Below the pieces are notes generated by a model. It worked only from the letters and a program-made list of their open reading frames with translations. It searched no databases and was not told where the DNA came from. Positions 39,861 to 51,460 of a DNA stretch of 64,000 nucleotides are shown in pieces. Position 1 is the stretch's first letter. The number at the start of each line of letters is the position of its first letter. The DNA comes from Glycera tridactyla (lineage: Eukaryota): the NCBI GenBank assembly GCA_965644265.1, contig OZ286474.1, forward strand, positions 64,294,001 through 64,358,000, given 5' to 3'. Made by a program: the position numbers and the translations under genes.

Positions 39861-40914
39861 GTTCCACCACAGCAACTACATCTTAAACGCCACCTATCTC
39901 GGTTTCAAAACTTCAGATTTTTAAGATTCAAGTTTTTTTTAGGGGGGGGGGTCTAGAATATCTAGGTCCGAATGGTTAGGATCAGATCAACCATGTTTGT
40001 ATATTAAGCATCAGTGTTTTGGTATTGATCCTTGAATTGATTTCATCGGCCGCAGAAGAGCCGAAATTGCTCATTCTGGAAACAGCTGCAATATAGTGAC
40101 TTTCTGTCACGATTGCTGCCTCAATAATATATGGAGGTGCGTTTTATGGCCAAGGTCGAACCAATGTCAACAAAATCTTTGGTGACATCACCTGGGTCTT
40201 GTTTCCCATCATTATATCCCAAACAACTGTGTGAATATGTGGCAGATATGTGGCATATCAGCAGGCATGAATGACCGTTTGGTGAATGTCTCATTTCTGG
40301 CGTGTGTGACACTTTTATTGAAACATCTCTGGTTGGTAGTAACAAGGCAGTCCAAGCAGCTGTTGGCCACTCAGGTACTACTTCTAAGGCGTCGACTGAA
40401 TGGTGTATGCGTTTCATATTTGAAAGGCCGCTATTCACGGTGGACCAGTTCTTAGTGTGAAAAGTCGCTCTGTTGTATGGCGTCATTGTTTGTAGTGTAT
40501 GACTGAAGCGTGTCAAGCGCCATGGGGATTTGTGATGATCCGATCTGACTCTGTGTGCCCGAAAGGTTTTCAACAACCTAAATATATCGGATCAAATCAA
40601 CCTATTCGCTTTGGATTGGCTGATCATTCACTGACTCTACCAAAGACTCCTGAACTTCAACTAAATCTTGACAGAGCGGAATCCCACTTCAAGAAGGGTA
40701 GAGACATCTTTATGGGAACTGGAGACAGCACTGACAGTATCGGCTTCATTAGACATGTAGGCTTCTTATCTGCCGCCGAGTGAATGTGCCTGGTGGCTGC
40801 ATTCGACATTTCCACATATCATGATTTTCAACAACATCCTCCCTGTCATGTTCCATGATAATCCTCTGAATATTTCAAGGTCCGAGGTGAGGCGTCACTG
40901 AGTAGAGACCAGTA

Positions 40915-41070
40915 TCTCTAGATAAGATAAGATAAGATAAGAGAAATTTTAATGCATAAGTTCAACATGATTACATATGGACCTCTAGGGTCGTATAACA
41001 CGCTTATGCAAACATATATACAGCAGGCATGGTGACTAGCGCACAATATATCAAAGATTCATTAGACTAT
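40915..41070 (-). mobile_element. Short LINE/SINE 3' end with (TCTTA)n tail
   Basis: (GATAA)4 on the plus strand followed by UTR-like sequence. Confidence 0.45.
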
Positions 41071-41125
41071 TGAGGGATGTCGCATGAAGATGTCGCTCCT
41101 TCTGCGTGATGTCGCTTGGCTTAAA

Positions 41126-41842
41126 TGTTAGTGTGAGTAGGTTGGATCACTTCTCTCATTGTGACTAGTAGCAGGGGTTGCCACAGACAAGTCAACGACG
41201 TGGAGTTCCAGTTCAACATTTATTCCCCAGTATACATCAGGCAGACATAGTATAAATACTATGATGTAATACTGTGGGGAAAGAAGTCTGTCAGCCCATG
41301 GAGTCCACACTCGACCAGTGTGACCCAGCTCAAGGAATGGTCTGCCGGTGCTTCCTTCTCCCACTTATTTATATGTTTCAGGCACACAAGTCATTACCAT
41401 AGGATTACACACTCATACACTTTATAGTTTTTTTATGGTATTTTTATGGTGCACAGGGAAACAGAAAAGCGGGGTTCTCACTAGCTCACCCTTCATAACT
41501 TACAGCAATCTGACTTTCATGTCTTACTTTATAGCTTCACATGGATATATCTTTTGCACTGAAGCGGGGGTCAGCACAAGTGGCTTGCTTCTTGAGTCCC
41601 ATTACTCAGAGTAATGGGTATGAGTAATCTCGAGAGCAAGGAGCAATAAAGTTTTATTGCTCGTGGGCTAATGCAGAAGACCTATTATCCCTATGGATAA
41701 GATTAGCCCGTCTGCATTCCAGTTTATGGCCAAAGGCGTAGAGAGCCATTATTTATGGGGCCATATACTGGCTCACTCGTGCGACACAGATGAAATAGTC
41801 ACAAGTTTAGTAATAGTTAGTATAAACGATTTGAGATATACA
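41126..41842 (-). repeat. Candidate 3' LTR of the Gypsy element
   Basis: Minus strand reads TGTA...TAACA; TATAAATAA box at about 41365-41373; AATAAA at 41219-24; purine run AAAGAAGAGA directly upstream (PPT-like). The partner LTR lies outside the window, so this is unconfirmed. Confidence 0.6.
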
Positions 41843-41862
41843 TCTCTTCTTTAGAAGCTAAC

Positions 41863-41923
41863 AGTCCGATATGACCCATTTGGTGTTGAAAGGACGTTAA
41901 ACCAAAATCAATCAATCAATCAA
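41863..41923 (+). mobile_element. 61-bp 5'-truncated SINE/LINE 3' tail with (TCAA)n and 12-bp target-site duplication
   Basis: TTAGAAGCTAAC at 41851-62 and 41924-35 flanks ...gttgaaaggacgttaaaccaaaatcaatcaatcaa. Confidence 0.9.
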
Positions 41924-44900
41924 TTAGAAGCTAACGTCCTCGTAGCTTCCAGGTCCCATCCACCCAAGCCAGCCAGGGACGTCCAGCCACCCAAGACCAG
42001 TCAATGAAAGATAATGCTGCCTTGACTAGCCATAGGCCTACTGATCACCCTCACTGAGCCAAATGGCCAGTGAAGCCGGATCACCACGAGGAGTCATCTG
42101 TTTCCGAATCCAACTTTCAAATTCCGTGCCCAACAGCTTCCACTGGCTTCCCTCATTTCCGGCTACTTGCGCGAAATAGCTTGACCGGTTGTTACCAGCG
42201 TCCGTCATTTATCAGTCGCAATGCGAATTCGAGAGTGCTTTCGTATACGTCTGCGCCTCCAATACGGAGACCGTCGTTTACTTATGGCTTCACTCTTCTC
42301 GTACCTCATGAGCATATACATTTTCGATATCAACTAGGTATGTCTCGGGTTTCCATTCTGTTCCTGCCTGGCGAATCAGGTCTTCATCCAGACAAGGCCG
42401 AACGTAATCGTTTGACATTTCATATTGTCAGTAACCAACAAAAATTCACATAATCATTTTACATATATGATATAACACAGTTTTCATTTTTGGTTCTTTG
42501 TCCCCCTTCAGACCAATGAATGCCTTAGCGTGGGAGTATCAGTGAAGGTTTCCTCCACATTCGCCAGTCACATTCTTTTGACCATTTTTGGTTGGTAAAA
42601 ACCAACCAGGGGCTGTGTATCACTCTTGTTCCTGGTTAATTTGAATGAAACGTTCACTGATACTACCACGTAGAACATTCATTCAACCCCCATGAAATAG
42701 AGTGATACTTGGGTAAAAGTATGACAAATCTGGAACCCTCTTCAACCTTCATAGGCATACCATTGCCGGGGATATGCACCATTTCTCCCCAGTCTTCCTG
42801 CACCATTTCTGGCACTTGAAGGTCTCAAACAACCCTACCAACTCACAAATAGCAATAATCACCACTAGTCTCGAGTTTTCATGCAGAAATCGTCTGACCG
42901 GCTTGCGGATTTTAGAAGTTACACAATGCGAAGCCATTATGCCAGGTGATTTGGTACGAAATATCTAGGTCACTGCGGCGAGATCGACTCCGATCATGGC
43001 GCCACCCCATGTATAATCACGGAACCGATACCGTTCAGCCTTGCCACTGCCAATAGTGCCTTACAAGAGAAGGCTGATGTTTCTCTTTCCCTAGAGTGTT
43101 TTTCATTGATTGTTTGGCCGATAAAAATTGGCCAGGGAAGGGAAGAAGGAAGGGAGGAAGGGAGGAGGAGTTGACGGGAGGAGAAGGAGTGGAATTCAAA
43201 AGTCGCTGGTAAACACTGTCCATTTTACAGAATGGACACCCAGGAAGCAGCCTGTGCACCACCCAATCGAAGTCTTCACCTCAACTTGGTAGCCAGGAGC
43301 CTCCAAGGCTGTGACACCAGTGCCTCTGAGTCGGCATCAACCATACCAGCAAGGTAGCACCGCAAGTGGTATGGGCTTTGGCACCAACCTGAAGGGAATC
43401 CGGATCCTATTCAACATGGTGGTCTCACCCATGTCCAAACTACGGGGGTTGATAACCAGAAGAGTATGCCTCTGCTGCTTCCTTCTCCAACCCTTATAAG
43501 ACTCAGCCTCCTACTATCCAGGGTTTCGACAATCCACTGGAAATTCCTAATTTCATGTATTTCCGGTGATTCTCAAAGAGATCGTACCCATTCCTTCATT
43601 TCTTCTGATTCCCCTTTTGAAATGCTGAATTTTAGTATTTGTTTTGAAGTGATCGGCCCATTTTTAACAAAGATATTACTCAATCGTTTTCTGACTAAAA
43701 TCTATCTTCAGAGAATCTAACAAAAAATGGCCGTCGTCGATTTATCCGCCATCTAGCGGAGTCCTCCAGAACTAGGCGTGTCTACTTTTGATTTATTCGA
43801 CCAGTAAAGACCAGCCAGGAGGAAGAGGAGGAAGAAGGAGGAAGAAGAAGGGGAAGTTTCACCAGCGCATCAGAACTTCGGACTAATGCCAGAAATAGAT
43901 GAAGAGAAAGTCATGACGAATGAGCGAGTTCCACCCATAGTGCATGGCCATCATAGACACATCTCTAGCAAGCCGGAGAATGATACATGGTCAGAATGTA
44001 TGTCCCCTCCCGATTTAATCTCCACCTTCATACTCTAATGCTCCATGCCTACCCCCGGTCGTATGCTCAAAAATGATTTTTCCTTGTTCTAATATTTCCA
44101 TATGCTCTGCATCGCCAGTTCTGGATTTCTTTATGATCGACGTATTCTTCATGAAAAATTGAAAATTTTGGTTACTCTATCTTGTACCTAGGTTTCTCCT
44201 ATGACTCGCTAACTGGTTTCAAATGCGATTAAAATGACTATATGTTGGTATTTCCAAGTTGACCTGACGTTGACCTTTCGGTTACAACCGTCGCACCATC
44301 TCGTGAGCAGTTTTGGAACTCTTAACGCCAAATTCCCTCACTGGGAAGCGCTATTCCTCAACTGCGATTGTTTTTCGTTCCAGTCGGTTTCCCATGGCAT
44401 AAATGGGATATACATCTCGAAGACGCTCTGCGTCTTTATTAAAACCAAAGAAATGTGTTTTCACTCCAATTGACATAACGATAGCGTGTTCAAAACACAT
44501 ATTTCAGAGAATAGATACGAAATGACCAAAAGATTGGCAGTCTTGAGGAATCGCGTATCCGGCTACAGCTCCATTCATCCCTAACATGAAGATCGAACAT
44601 CTACTAATCGGAATGTTACCAAACCGTGAACTGGGTTATTTTCAGGATAGGTGACCCAGAAGCCAATGGCTTCATCAGTAGAGAACAAGAAGGATAAACA
44701 GATGGCAGGAATAGAGAGAGAGATACAAAGAGAGTGAAAGTTAGTCGTACCGATAGAAGAACACACAACATCCATTACATTAAATCACAACATTGACTGC
44801 ATTGCCACGCCAGGCAGACACGATGAAGACAGGTCATAAGTCAACCATACTTCCCCCTGCTATGGCGATACAGTCCATTTCCAACACACCCCATAGACAT

Positions 44901-46165
44901 GTCCACTCCATCAGTCTATGTACACACTTCACGCCCATAGGCATGTCCATTGGTCACCCATGTCCCTCTTGCATGTCCATACACACGCTCAAGGGAATTG
45001 AGTGATAAGGACTGATAAAAACCCATCATTCTCTCCGGGGTCCCACATGGAACCCCATGATTCATTCTGATAGTCAGATCTAATCATCTGGGTGAAGTCA
45101 AACGTTTCACATGGCGCTTGTATTAGAGTTCACCATCTTCAGCCTTTCCTTGGCTGGGTTTCATATGCAAAAAGGGTATCGTGAAATAGAAATCATTCTA
45201 GCAGTATATATACATCGTCCGGGATAGCTCCCCACGATTCCCTATCTACTAGTCTCTGCTCAGTCTAAGCTAGGGTGAACTATCCCACTGCTTTCTCCTG
45301 GTGATACAGTGATATCTTAATCTTTGGTTATCCGATATCCATGTGCCTCCCCGATATGCATGACCAGCACGTCCATTTGCGAGGTCAAGGGACCAAATCG
45401 TAGACCTCCTGACATACAGTTCACCATCCGTCCCTGGAACTCAAGCAAATGAACATACCAGTTAATAACCATACACAATCAACAAAACATAATGGAATCA
45501 ACAGGCATATCACTATATATCACCTTACAGATTTTACAGTAAAAGTTGGCCCACAACATCCCTTCAAAGACCCAGAAGATTTCTATTCTAACCTGTCTCT
45601 AATACAACGTAACACCAAAATTCACACAAAAATATAGTACCCTATCGAAAAATTTTCCCTGGTACGATAGGGGTGATAGGGTGCTACATACGTCAATATC
45701 AGGGGAAAAAGATAGGTCGCGGTAAGAGCACACATCTCTCTCCCTCACCCAACCGTACCATACACCTTTCATACAACAGATACGAGGATCATTAGCATAG
45801 CCACGGTCTTTATGACCTAACTTCAGGTCAAGCCCTGGAGTACAGCTTGCAACAGGACTCCTTATAACTGATACTACCAGATTCCTCCATTCAAACTTTC
45901 CCGCCAAAAATATGCAAGGCTCCCTGTTCACACATACATACGAAGCCCTGCCATTAATATCGGGTACATGGTCTTGATGACACAGTCTAGGAAGACAGGT
46001 CGAATATTCCTAGTCTGAGTCAACAATCATCTGCATCGTTCATAAGGTCTCCCCATGCATGAATAGTATCAAGATTGGTTCTATTGCGAAATATAAGGCT
46101 ACCTGAGATGGAACCACATGAAGAAGAGATATATGTATATTCATATATATACTTGTGAGATGCCA

Positions 46166-47814
46166 TTACATTCTGGTGATCTCATTTTTGGGATTCACCT
46201 TTCTACCATCGTTTTGCAACTCATATTTGTCTGTTCCATCTCCAGAAGCTGAGGCTAGCAGAGGAATGTTAGCATTATCAATAGCATTTTTAGGGGTCTG
46301 GTCCATAGCAGGGTATAGTACGTTAGGGGTTATTTCCGGGTTATATATCCCTTTACATTTCCAGCCGTCACAGTCCGGCTGGCAGATTTTTGGAATGATG
46401 TAAAATTTGCATCCAATCTCTATTCTGAATACAGCAGTAAAGCGACCTTGTAGAATACGTTTAACTTTCAAAGCTTCCCATGGAAGTAGTCTCAATCGCT
46501 CAGGCATGGGTAAAGGTGTATTCCCCATCCTATTTCCCACAATCAGACCCCTCCAAGAGGCAGACAGATACGACATGCATCGGAAGTCTTTTACCTGATA
46601 AGGTCCTGGGACTCCTAGTCCCATCAAATGATAATTTGACATAGACCCAGGAAGTTTCATGATCAAAATGTCCTGATATTCCACTAAGTTTCCTAATTCC
46701 AAGATCAGCTTACTCCTCGTTCTGCAGCGATGAGCGTACATGGTATACGCCAAGTATCCTATTATGACTAATAGTCCCGCCACAGCCAGAAGCGCCAATA
46801 CACCTACTACCTCGATATGCTTTCCTTCATAACACATGTCCTGAGTAAAGGTATCCACTTGGAAACCATCTATATGAGGGATCCTACTTTTTGTAGTGGT
46901 TGGAATGGTCCGTCCCAATAGACGTTCATAGAAGTCCTGAGGGAGGTCCTCCAGCCCATCTACAGCTGTAGGCTGTAAAACACCAGCTAAAGTATATGCA
47001 TTCATCATCTTTTCTAGCAGACAATACGAGCGCCTAGTGTATATAGCCAGGCCCATGGAGGCAACGGCTACCAAAATACTGAGCAATCCTAACACATTCG
47101 AAAGTGTGAAGAATTCGTCTGCTGAGTCTAAGTCCCACATACTAGCAGCAATCTGCTTGATAGGATTCACATCCAGCCCTTCCTTTGCTCTTTTCATCAC
47201 AGAAGCCAGTTGCATCGAATAATCGTAATCTCGATTCAAATTCAATTCAAAGTCCTCACTCACTTTGATTTCTGGCAATTTCGGTAGCCACTTCTCACTA
47301 TACAAAGTTTCACCATTCACCTCTTCAATATTTTTTCAAATCATAAATATGTGACAAAGCAGCTAGATTAATCGGATGTACGACAGTAAGCCCAGACGAT
47401 TTCTTCACACAGTTATTGATACGGGCTGGTAAAGCTGCTGCTGAGATCATATTAGATATATGAATAGTTCAACCGCATGGTCATTCCATTTGGCAATATA
47501 CGCATCCTTCTCGTTGTTTAGGTAGCTCAGCCCCACAGTGTTGAAAGATGCTCTCAGCGTTATGTACCAACACCTCACCATTTCCAACATCCACTAGGTC
47601 TACAACAGGCTCAGTTTTCTCAAATCTGAAACCACATAGCTCTCTAACCAAACCAGAATCATCTTGAAAAATGGCCGCCATACAAGATGGTTTATCCATG
47701 TCAAATATTTTCATAGATGATGAACACCTAAAAGCAGTTGTATCATCACATCTAGCTAATTCTTTATGAGTCATCTGAATATAATTCAGATTATCGTCAG
47801 ACACTCCGAGGTAT
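46166..47814 (-). pseudogene. env: env, C-terminal half (Cys-rich ectodomain, TM1, TM2, C-terminal domain)
   Basis: YLGVSDDN...CVYC...PARINNC...HPINLAAL; hydrophobic segments VLGLLSILVAVASMGLAIY and VVGVLALLAVAGLLVIIGYLAY; continues in frame from 55601. Confidence 0.82.
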
Positions 47815-47908
47815 ATAGTTCAAGCGAGGCATGGAGTAACCGCACACCAGTCCGCTCTGAGAAGAATCTAACCTCACGCAATATCAGCAGATGCTATAGC
47901 AACGAACT

Positions 47909-50173
47909 ATGGACAGCTTCAGGGACTATATCTCAGGAAGGAAAATCGATAACATCGAGGATTCTGAACGGAAAATGGAAGGCAAAATCAAGCAAACTGG
48001 TGAGAACTTGAGCGATAATAAGAGTACTACGGATGGCAAGTACACCCCCCTCCCCAGAATTGCAAGGAGTTGTAGTGCTAGATCTCCAACAGACCATGAC
48101 CCAGACAATAAGAAACAACGTAGTATAGATACTGACCACGAGCTGCAAAATGAATGTTCTAAAACAGCGAACAGTGATATTGATTCACCAGAAGATTCTT
48201 TTAATTCATTAAGTGTTGCTAGTGATGAAGAAAGCGATGAAAGTGTAGTAGTAGACGATGAAGTGGAAAAAGTGGATGAATTTGCAAAGAGGCCGCTTGT
48301 ACGACTGCCAGGCTCGAATCAAGTCTCGAATGGTTCGGGAATCAGCAAGCAAATCGAGATCGCAGATCCCGAAATGACCGCCGAGACAATCGACACTCAC
48401 CCGGAGGCGAACACCGATAAACAACTTGCAGCCGTCGGTCCCCACTGCAAATCCTCCCCGTGCTCCTCGGAATCATCGCGCGTGACCACACCGATAAGTG
48501 TCAATGAGAAGAACCGACCTGACGACCATGGCGGTCACGCTTCAATGAGCACAGATATTGACTTCCCCACTGAAATCGAATTCTCCCCTTCACCAAAACC
48601 AAATGGTGGGACTACCTTGATATGTCAACCTCCTAATGCCTTTGACATTGTGAATTTGCGCAAATCGCTGCGCGAGGATCTAACTGAGATAATACACTTG
48701 GAACTGAAAAGTGATGTCAAACAACAAGTCAAATCAGAATTGATAACCGAATTGAAAACAAGTATTGTACACGAGATAAAAACAGAACTTGTACACGAAG
48801 TTAAAAGTGATCTTGTGAAAGAAATTAGGACAGAACTAAAGCTCCTGACCCATGCTGAAGTCGACAGGTGTGTCAAATCTGAAATGAAAAGCATGATCAA
48901 AACAAAGAGCTTCCAAAAAGAACTGAAAGAGGAAATAGACAATAAACTCAAAAATCGAGACATGATAAAAAACGTGTGCAAGGATGTTGCTAAACAAGAA
49001 TTGGCTCCACTCTGCAAGAAGATCGTCAATGATGATGTTTCCCATAAAATAAACAGTGAATTGGGGAAATTTCAGACAACATGGAGAAGTGAACTAACGA
49101 CAACAATAGAAGACTCGCTAATCGATAACACCAACATGCAACAAAATATCATAAAACATGATGAACTCCTGGAGAAGCTTGGTGACATTGTGAAAAATCA
49201 ACAACAAGAGATATTATGGCTTGAGACGGAACTGAAAACGATGAGAGGAGACATGGATGATAAAATCGAAACACTAAATCAGGAGATCATACAATTGAAA
49301 GAAGAAGTAAAGAAGATGATGGATATTGGAATAACTCCTGATAGTAAGGACATCAACAAAATTCAAGAGAAGATAACCATCTTGGAAAGAGACATCGAAA
49401 TATTGAAAAAGAATGACCGTCTTAATGTCATTATTGTAGACGGCCTGACCTTCGAGCGTGATACTTCTCTCTTCGAGCAGCTGGTAAGAGTGTTCAATGA
49501 TATAACTGGCTTAAAGTTAAATGAAAACCATTTGGCTCAAGCAGTCCGCTTTGGACCTGTCACAAAGGGGAAACCTAGGCCTGTGAGAGTGAGATTTGTG
49601 AACCCCAATATCAGAAGGGATCTCTTGCAAAGAAAGTCAATGTTCCAAAAATCATCAATTTTTATTAGGGAACATCTCACGCCGAACGAAAATTCTATCT
49701 TTCAAGAGGCGAAACAAGCAAAAATTGACAAAAAAATACACCAAGTATGGACATCACAGGGGCAAGTTTTTGTTGCGAAAACAGAACATGAGCAAAAAAT
49801 CTCTATACCCAGCATTGCCAAACTAAATGATATAATTAAGAGTAAAGCCAAGCAGCCGAACGATGTTGGATTCAAACCTAGACGAAGGTGGAACCCATTA
49901 AAGGGAAATCAAAATCCACCACCAAATTCAAGAATCACAGACACTACCACTGGAGCCTCAAATGCTGAGCTAAAATCGCGAGAAAACACTCAGAATAAGT
50001 CAAATCCATGGACCAATATCCCATACAAAAATGAGGCGACTATAAAATCGCGGGATGTAAGTAGCGCCGGCGGAGCAAATCAAGCCCATACTAGCGCGAC
50101 CTTGTCAGATGGGCTAAACCTGGCGAATCCGTTCGATACCCTCGGCAGCCTAGAAGAATCTCACCGACCTTAG
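47909..50173 (+). CDS. LINE ORF1p, 754 aa (disordered N-terminus, long coiled coil, RRM-like/FP25K-like domain, disordered tail)
   Basis: Uninterrupted ORF; VIIVDGL...RFGPVTKGKPRPVRVRF...FIREHLTP...VWTSQGQV is homologous to ORF1 of family A. Confidence 0.9.
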   Translation: MDSFRDYISGRKIDNIEDSERKMEGKIKQTGENLSDNKSTTDGKYTPLPRIARSCSARSPTDHDPDNKKQRSIDTDHELQNECSKTANSDIDSPEDSFNSLSVASDEESDESVVVDDEVEKVDEFAKRPLVRLPGSNQVSNGSGISKQIEIADPEMTAETIDTHPEANTDKQLAAVGPHCKSSPCSSESSRVTTPISVNEKNRPDDHGGHASMSTDIDFPTEIEFSPSPKPNGGTTLICQPPNAFDIVNLRKSLREDLTEIIHLELKSDVKQQVKSELITELKTSIVHEIKTELVHEVKSDLVKEIRTELKLLTHAEVDRCVKSEMKSMIKTKSFQKELKEEIDNKLKNRDMIKNVCKDVAKQELAPLCKKIVNDDVSHKINSELGKFQTTWRSELTTTIEDSLIDNTNMQQNIIKHDELLEKLGDIVKNQQQEILWLETELKTMRGDMDDKIETLNQEIIQLKEEVKKMMDIGITPDSKDINKIQEKITILERDIEILKKNDRLNVIIVDGLTFERDTSLFEQLVRVFNDITGLKLNENHLAQAVRFGPVTKGKPRPVRVRFVNPNIRRDLLQRKSMFQKSSIFIREHLTPNENSIFQEAKQAKIDKKIHQVWTSQGQVFVAKTEHEQKISIPSIAKLNDIIKSKAKQPNDVGFKPRRRWNPLKGNQNPPPNSRITDTTTGASNAELKSRENTQNKSNPWTNIPYKNEATIKSRDVSSAGGANQAHTSATLSDGLNLANPFDTLGSLEESHRP

Positions 50174-50560
50174 TGAACAATGGCTCGATTAATAAGCGCT
50201 ATACGAATTAATGACAGATTAGCAGGCTTCGAGAATCCGGTAAGAACGAAGGGATATATACAATTGAAAGGCGGGGTGTGGTTTGTGCTCTATATCTCGG
50301 GTTTAGTGATCAAATCGGAATCGATACCGTGGGATTTCCCTCATCTTAATGACGTCATCACTCCATATATGGTAGTTAATTCCAAACACCATATGGTATT
50401 GAACTTGCGGGATTTTCCTGATAATAGTGACGTCAGAACCCCATATAAGGAAATTATTGTTAAAATTAGGAGTTCCGCGTTTTAACTCCATACCATCGCA
50501 TGAATACAACTGCCACAACCATGAATGAATATATTATAATGATACTATTAATTTCTGCAG

Positions 50561-51460
50561 GCTGACTGGACATCATCACTGAGACTAGCCAAGAGTCGAG
50601 TCCAAATTCCTCCAAAAAGATGTCCTATATACAGAAGACGAAAACAGCTAGAAGGGATCGAATACCCTGAGGTTCTCGTCACAGGCTCCAGCCACGCTGT
50701 CCATACTGGCTGTTATATCAAGAACCTATCTACTGGTGACGCAATGGGAGAAGTCATGTCAAAATGGAAATTCAGAGGCTTCAGTGGTAGCAAGTGGACC
50801 GAAATACAAGAACACCTACATGGTCGTTTTGGTGATGATCAGCGTAAACATGATAAATATGGTAACACTATTCAATCCCTGACATCTGATGGCTATAGGC
50901 CTAACTATGTAATCATCATTCTTGGAAGTAATGATGTTGACCAGTTTAATGTTGAAATAAGAAATATCTCAAAACAAATCACCAACCCATTGGTGAGGAA
51001 TACAGAAATTAACAGAGAAAAAATTGCTCGTTTTGGTAAGATTAAAGCAAAAGTTCTCAACTTGCTACGACACCTAGAATACCTGTATCCTGAAGCACTT
51101 ATCATAACAATACCAGTCCTGTGGCGCCCTAAGTGGTGCGATGAAGCAAGATCCCTGGCACTTTGGATTGATCATCTGTTCGTGATGGAACTGAAGAATA
51201 AGCACCTTGATGTTGGTATTCAGCAGAATGTTAAAATGCTACAAATAAACCAATTGTTTGTACGCCCATATAAGAATACCCCACTTGAACAGACCCGTAA
51301 ACAAAATCGTAAACATGCTGCTAAATTTGGTGAACTACTAAATGGCATGTTGGCATTTGATCGGGTTCATTTGAACAACTATGGCATGCGTATTCTTAGT
51401 AGACACATAGTGGGCTCAGTATTGGACCATTGGATTTCTAAATCTGAAACTAACAAATAA
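50561..51460 (+). CDS. SGNH/GDSL-type esterase of LINE family B, intact frame beginning at a splice acceptor
   Basis: Frame is open from 50552, upstream of the listed ATG 50744; VTGSSH (I), GFSGS (II), ILGSND (III), DRVH (V); preceded by tattaatttctgcAG ending at 50560. Confidence 0.87.
   Translation, partial: ADWTSSLRLAKSRVQIPPKRCPIYRRRKQLEGIEYPEVLVTGSSHAVHTGCYIKNLSTGDAMGEVMSKWKFRGFSGSKWTEIQEHLHGRFGDDQRKHDKYGNTIQSLTSDGYRPNYVIIILGSNDVDQFNVEIRNISKQITNPLVRNTEINREKIARFGKIKAKVLNLLRHLEYLYPEALIITIPVLWRPKWCDEARSLALWIDHLFVMELKNKHLDVGIQQNVKMLQINQLFVRPYKNTPLEQTRKQNRKHAAKFGELLNGMLAFDRVHLNNYGMRILSRHIVGSVLDHWISKSETNK

Noticed and set aside
41126-41842. Solo LTR
   Set aside because: Flanks (ttaaa and tctct) form no target-site duplication, and a PPT-like run abuts one end
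50180-50485. 101-aa ORF as an independent protein
   Set aside because: No recognisable motif, no counterpart in family A, and most of it falls in the predicted intron; only the first 20 codons are kept as a possible mini-exon
50744-51460. ATG 50744 as the esterase start
   Set aside because: It would omit catalytic block I (GSSH), which lies upstream in the same open frame
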